A stretch of 64,000 nucleotides of DNA, from positions 186,001 to 250,000 of the forward strand of contig QPMI01000113.1 in the NCBI GenBank assembly GCA_004431415.1, in the 5' to 3' direction. The translations under genes were made by a program, and so were the position numbers. The notes beneath the pieces are model-generated. The model saw nothing but the letters and a program-made list of their open reading frames with translations. It did not search any database and was not told the DNA's origin. Within the stretch, counting starts at the first letter, position 1. Each line of letters opens with the position of its first letter. Below, piece by piece: positions 60,551-64,000 of this stretch. Source of the DNA: Cyanophora paradoxa CCMP329. Lineage: Eukaryota; Plantae; Glaucophyta.

Positions 60551-63281
60551 ATGTCAGTCTCATCACGATCGGGCCGGGCGTCCCGCCCCGTCAGCCGGGA
60601 CAGAGCTTGACTGATTTATTATTGAACTGTCCAACGGCTTCCCAACCCCTGGGGAATATTCGAGAGGCCTAGAGGGACGCCCTACTCTGTCGGCAAGTGA
60701 AGGAAGCCTCGGTTGGACCCGGATCCGGAGGCGATCCAATTCGAGGACCTCGACATTTTACTGCAAGGCCCAGCGAGGGGAGGCGAGCCCGAATGGTCGG
60801 AATGAACTACTCTATCCCTGGCTGGGCTTTGACGGGCGAGGGCTAAGGGGCGGCTGGCGCGCAGCGGATCGTGCGCCCAGCGGCCGCAACGAGCTGGCAG
60901 AACTAGAGCAGAGCCCGGGCTGGATAATGATGACAACCAGAGAGAGGAAGTTTGCGCACCTATCTCGCAGACCGAGGGCGCAGGCCTGGGTCTCCGGAAC
61001 TGAACCTGGGCTGCGGCTACGCTGGCTGCGGGCTGGGCTGATGCTCTTGCGCGTGAGCTCGTCCAGCTGCGGCTCTCTATGCGATATGCTTCCACTTCCT
61101 GAACCGAACTGGCAGTTCCTTCTTCCTGCCGCCGAACGTCGCGAACTCGGGCGGCCGGCGCGTCGGGGCGCGGCTGCTAAAGGGCCGGCGACGATGCGCG
61201 TGGAGACAGAGAGAGAGATTCCTCTTGCTGCTGCGATGCAGGAGCTTGCGCAATTGCAAGGAGCCGGGCCCCAGCTTCTTGCGGCTTTTTCAATTATGTA
61301 TCGCCGCGGAACCCCGATAATGGAGGCAACGTGGGGTAGACGCGCCGTTGGCTTGCCGGTGCGAAAGCTTGTACCCCCCTTTCCCGGTTCCGGGTTCATT
61401 CCGGGTTCAGGCGCGATGGAGAGCGGGCGTCTGCAGCTTCTCGACGCGAAGGAGCGGAGCGACATGCTGGAGCGACACGGCAGTACACCAGAGCCCCCCA
61501 AACTTTCGCCCCGGCCGGCGAGCCGGGATCCCCCAGCGCCGCCGACGGAGCGCGAGCCGTCGGGCGATGTGGAGAGCGCCCTAGCGCTCGACCGCAACAC
61601 CTCGAGGGCGTTGACTTCCTCCGACCGAACGCACTCCAGGCCGACGCGCTCCAAGTCGCTACCGCGCACGAGCAGCCTGCCAGCAGCACCACAGGCGGTT
61701 ACGATAAACTTCACATCGGCCGCGGTGGCCACGAGCAGCCTGCGCGACAGCGCCTCTTCCGCCAGCGAACCCAACGCAAACGACGAGAACTCGGTTGCGC
61801 GCGAGGAAGACCGCGTGCCGCTCGAGATTCGACAGGGGCTGCTCGAGTGCGTAAAACCTCCCCCGGCCCTCGCCGCCCGTTCTGACCAGCGGCGGCACCT
61901 CCGACAGAACGTACTGGACGGTGAGCGCCGAACGCCCGCCCCGTCCGACGCCGCTCGCCGACTCTTTGCGCGCAGATGAAGGAGCGCTGGTGGTCCCGCG
62001 TGACTCGCGGGATGCCGGGGGCGTCATCCAGGTTCGATCCCGGGCAACTCGCCGCGCCCCGCAAGCGCTGACGGCCGCCGCCAGTCGTTCCACTTCATGT
62101 GGTTCCTATCCTACGCGCTTGGAGACGCCATCTTCTGCGTCACGCGCCTGCACGATGACAAGTGCGCCCGCTAGCCCGCCCGCCAGCCCGCCAGCCCGCA
62201 GCTCGACTCGAGCTCGAACCCGAGCGCAGGTTCTCGTACATGGAGTTCCTCGTGCTGACGCTGGCGTCGGGCTTCTTCGCGCTGATGAGCCCGCGCTGGA
62301 ACTGGTCCGGCCGCGTCGCCCTCATGCTCGTCTACCTCGGGATGTGCGCCGGCGCCCCTCCTCTCCCCTCCCTTAACCCCCCTCTAAGCCCACCCGGCGC
62401 CGCCGGCAGGTTCCTGTTCTTCGTGCTGGACATCTACGGGCGGACGGACTACTCCTCCGCCCTCATCCTCGTCTCCCTCGTCGCCCTCTCCCTCCTCGCC
62501 ACCTTCCTCTTCTTCTTCATCTACCCCCACATCACCCGCTGGCGCGCAACCGCCCCCCCCCCCTCCCCGTCTCCCCGCCGGAGCTGAGCCGGCGCCGCCC
62601 CCGCAGGTACGTGATCCGGCTCTTCTCGATGGCCTCCTCGAAGGGCCCGGAGATCGTCGTGGAGGACCCCAGCAACCCCGACCTCAACAGCTACGAGTTC
62701 GAGGCGCGCTCTCCCTTCTCCCCGCCGCCTCACCCGCGCCACCCCCGCGAGCCGCCGGCACCCCAGGAGCGGAGCCTCGCCTGGCTCTGCTACCCCCCGT
62801 GCTACCAGCCCCCCACGTACAAGGTCATCTACAAGGGTACCGCTTCTCCTGCCTCTCCTCGTCTCCCCCGCTTGCGGCTCACGCGGCCGGGCGGCAGGCC
62901 CGCTGCGCAACGGCAAGCCGAACGGCATGGGTGCGCTCTTCTTGCCCGCCGCGCGGTGCCGCGCAGACCGACGAGGGGCGGGCAGGCCAGTGGATGGACA
63001 CGAACTATCGCGGGGAGCACCTCGTCGGCTACTGGCAGGTGCAGGGCCCCGGCGAGGTCCCGCCCCGCCGCCCGGGATCAGAGGCGGGGGGGCGGCAGGA
63101 CGGGTGCCCCGTCGGCCCCTTCGACAGCGAGGAGGCCGACACCGGCAACCTCTTCACCAACCGTCCGCCCCGCCGCCCCGCTGCCCGGCCGCCCCGCCCC
63201 TCCCCGCCTGAGCGCGCCCCGCCCCGCCCCGCCCCGCGCAGTGCGCATGATCTTCTCGACGAACGGGAAGGGCTTCCGCAA
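60551..63281 (+). pseudogene. Second truncated copy of the membrane/MORN-like gene
   Basis: Duplicate of 54880-57580. Confidence 0.65.
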
Positions 63282-63326
63282 GTGCGCCCCCGCGCATCAG
63301 GGAGTTTTTCGCGAGGTGCCCCCGCT

Positions 63327-64000
63327 GGGGGCACCTCGGCGCGGACGGGGTCCTTGATGCCGACGATGGCGACGAGGGTGAGGTCCCGCTCGACGGCCTC
63401 GGGGGCCGTGCCCTCGGCCACGGGGCCCTCGAGGTCCCGGTACGCGATCCCGATCGTCCGCAGGCCCTCCGACGCGAACTCTGCCGCCCCCGCTCAGCCC
63501 CTGCCCCGCCCCGCCCCACAACTCCCCTCCCGCCGGCGGCGCACCGGTGATGGCGTCGGCGTACTCCTTCTGGCGGGCGGCGTCGAGCAGCTCGCGCTCG
63601 CCCTCGGCCGTCAGGAAGGAGCCGCAGAGCCCGAGGACGATCTCCGAGGCGCCCTTGACGTGCAGCCGCGGGCCCCGCTCCGCCTCGATCGCCCTGCGCG
63701 GGGCGTCGAACCGGCCCGCTGCGCGGGGCGGGCGCGGGGCCGGCGCACGTGGACATGCGCTTGCGGTCGGAGGAGAAGGCGCAGTTCCACTGGACGGGGC
63801 GGCGGGCGCGGGTCTGCTTGTAGTCGGTGCCGATCTTCTGGGCGAAGACGAGGAGGGCGCCCTCGGTCTTGGAGCCGACGAAGAGGAGCTGCCCGGGCTT
63901 CTGCGGGTCCTCCTCGATGAAGCACGTCGAGTTGGTGGCGATGCCCTCCCCCAGCAGCTTCGCCAGGCCCCCGTCGATCCCCCGCATCGCCTCCGAGAGG
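63327..64000 (-). pseudogene. Third PMCA fragment, runs off the window
   Basis: Matches 51917-52590. Confidence 0.85.

Larger units (their letters stand above)
51917..64000. repeat. ~5.7-kb tandem repeat (51917-57623, 57624-63326, 63327-end)
   Basis: Same junction at 57610-57634 and 63312-63338. Offsets ~5.70 and ~11.41 kb. Confidence 0.92.

Overview
Eukaryotic, very GC-rich nuclear DNA with many short (~50-80 nt) spliceosomal introns (GT-AG and frequent GC-AG, CTGAC/CTCAC/CTGAG-type branch sites). This suggests a GC-rich alga or protist; a glaucophyte such as Cyanophora is only a guess. Positions 1-43560 are a rearranged tandem array. An APE-RT-RNaseH non-LTR retrotransposon alternates with a ~9.5-10.5 kb block holding a gene-fragment mosaic with CACTC-ended MITEs, a tyrosine-recombinase-like remnant, a 3'-truncated EF-hand gene and a 2OG-Fe(II) dioxygenase gene. 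Two dioxygenase copies carry a 913-bp retro-insertion (16-bp TSD), and one also carries a 6.5-kb palindromic DNA element (6-bp TSD). The LINE's ORF1 is inverted relative to ORF2. Positions 43561-51900 are single-copy: a hAT MITE, a small gene, a Kelch gene, an F-box/beta-helix gene and the 3' half of a PMCA-type Ca2+-ATPase. Positions 51917-64000 are a ~5.7-kb tandem repeat of the 5' halves of the divergent PMCA and membrane/MORN-like genes. The most striking signal is a recurring 6-bp insertion between repeat copies of the form XYZ -> XYZ-revcomp(XYZ)-XYZ. It looks like a hairpin-type excision footprint, and the same motif sits at the breakpoints of the large rearrangements. Many single-base homopolymer indels are probably long-read consensus errors.
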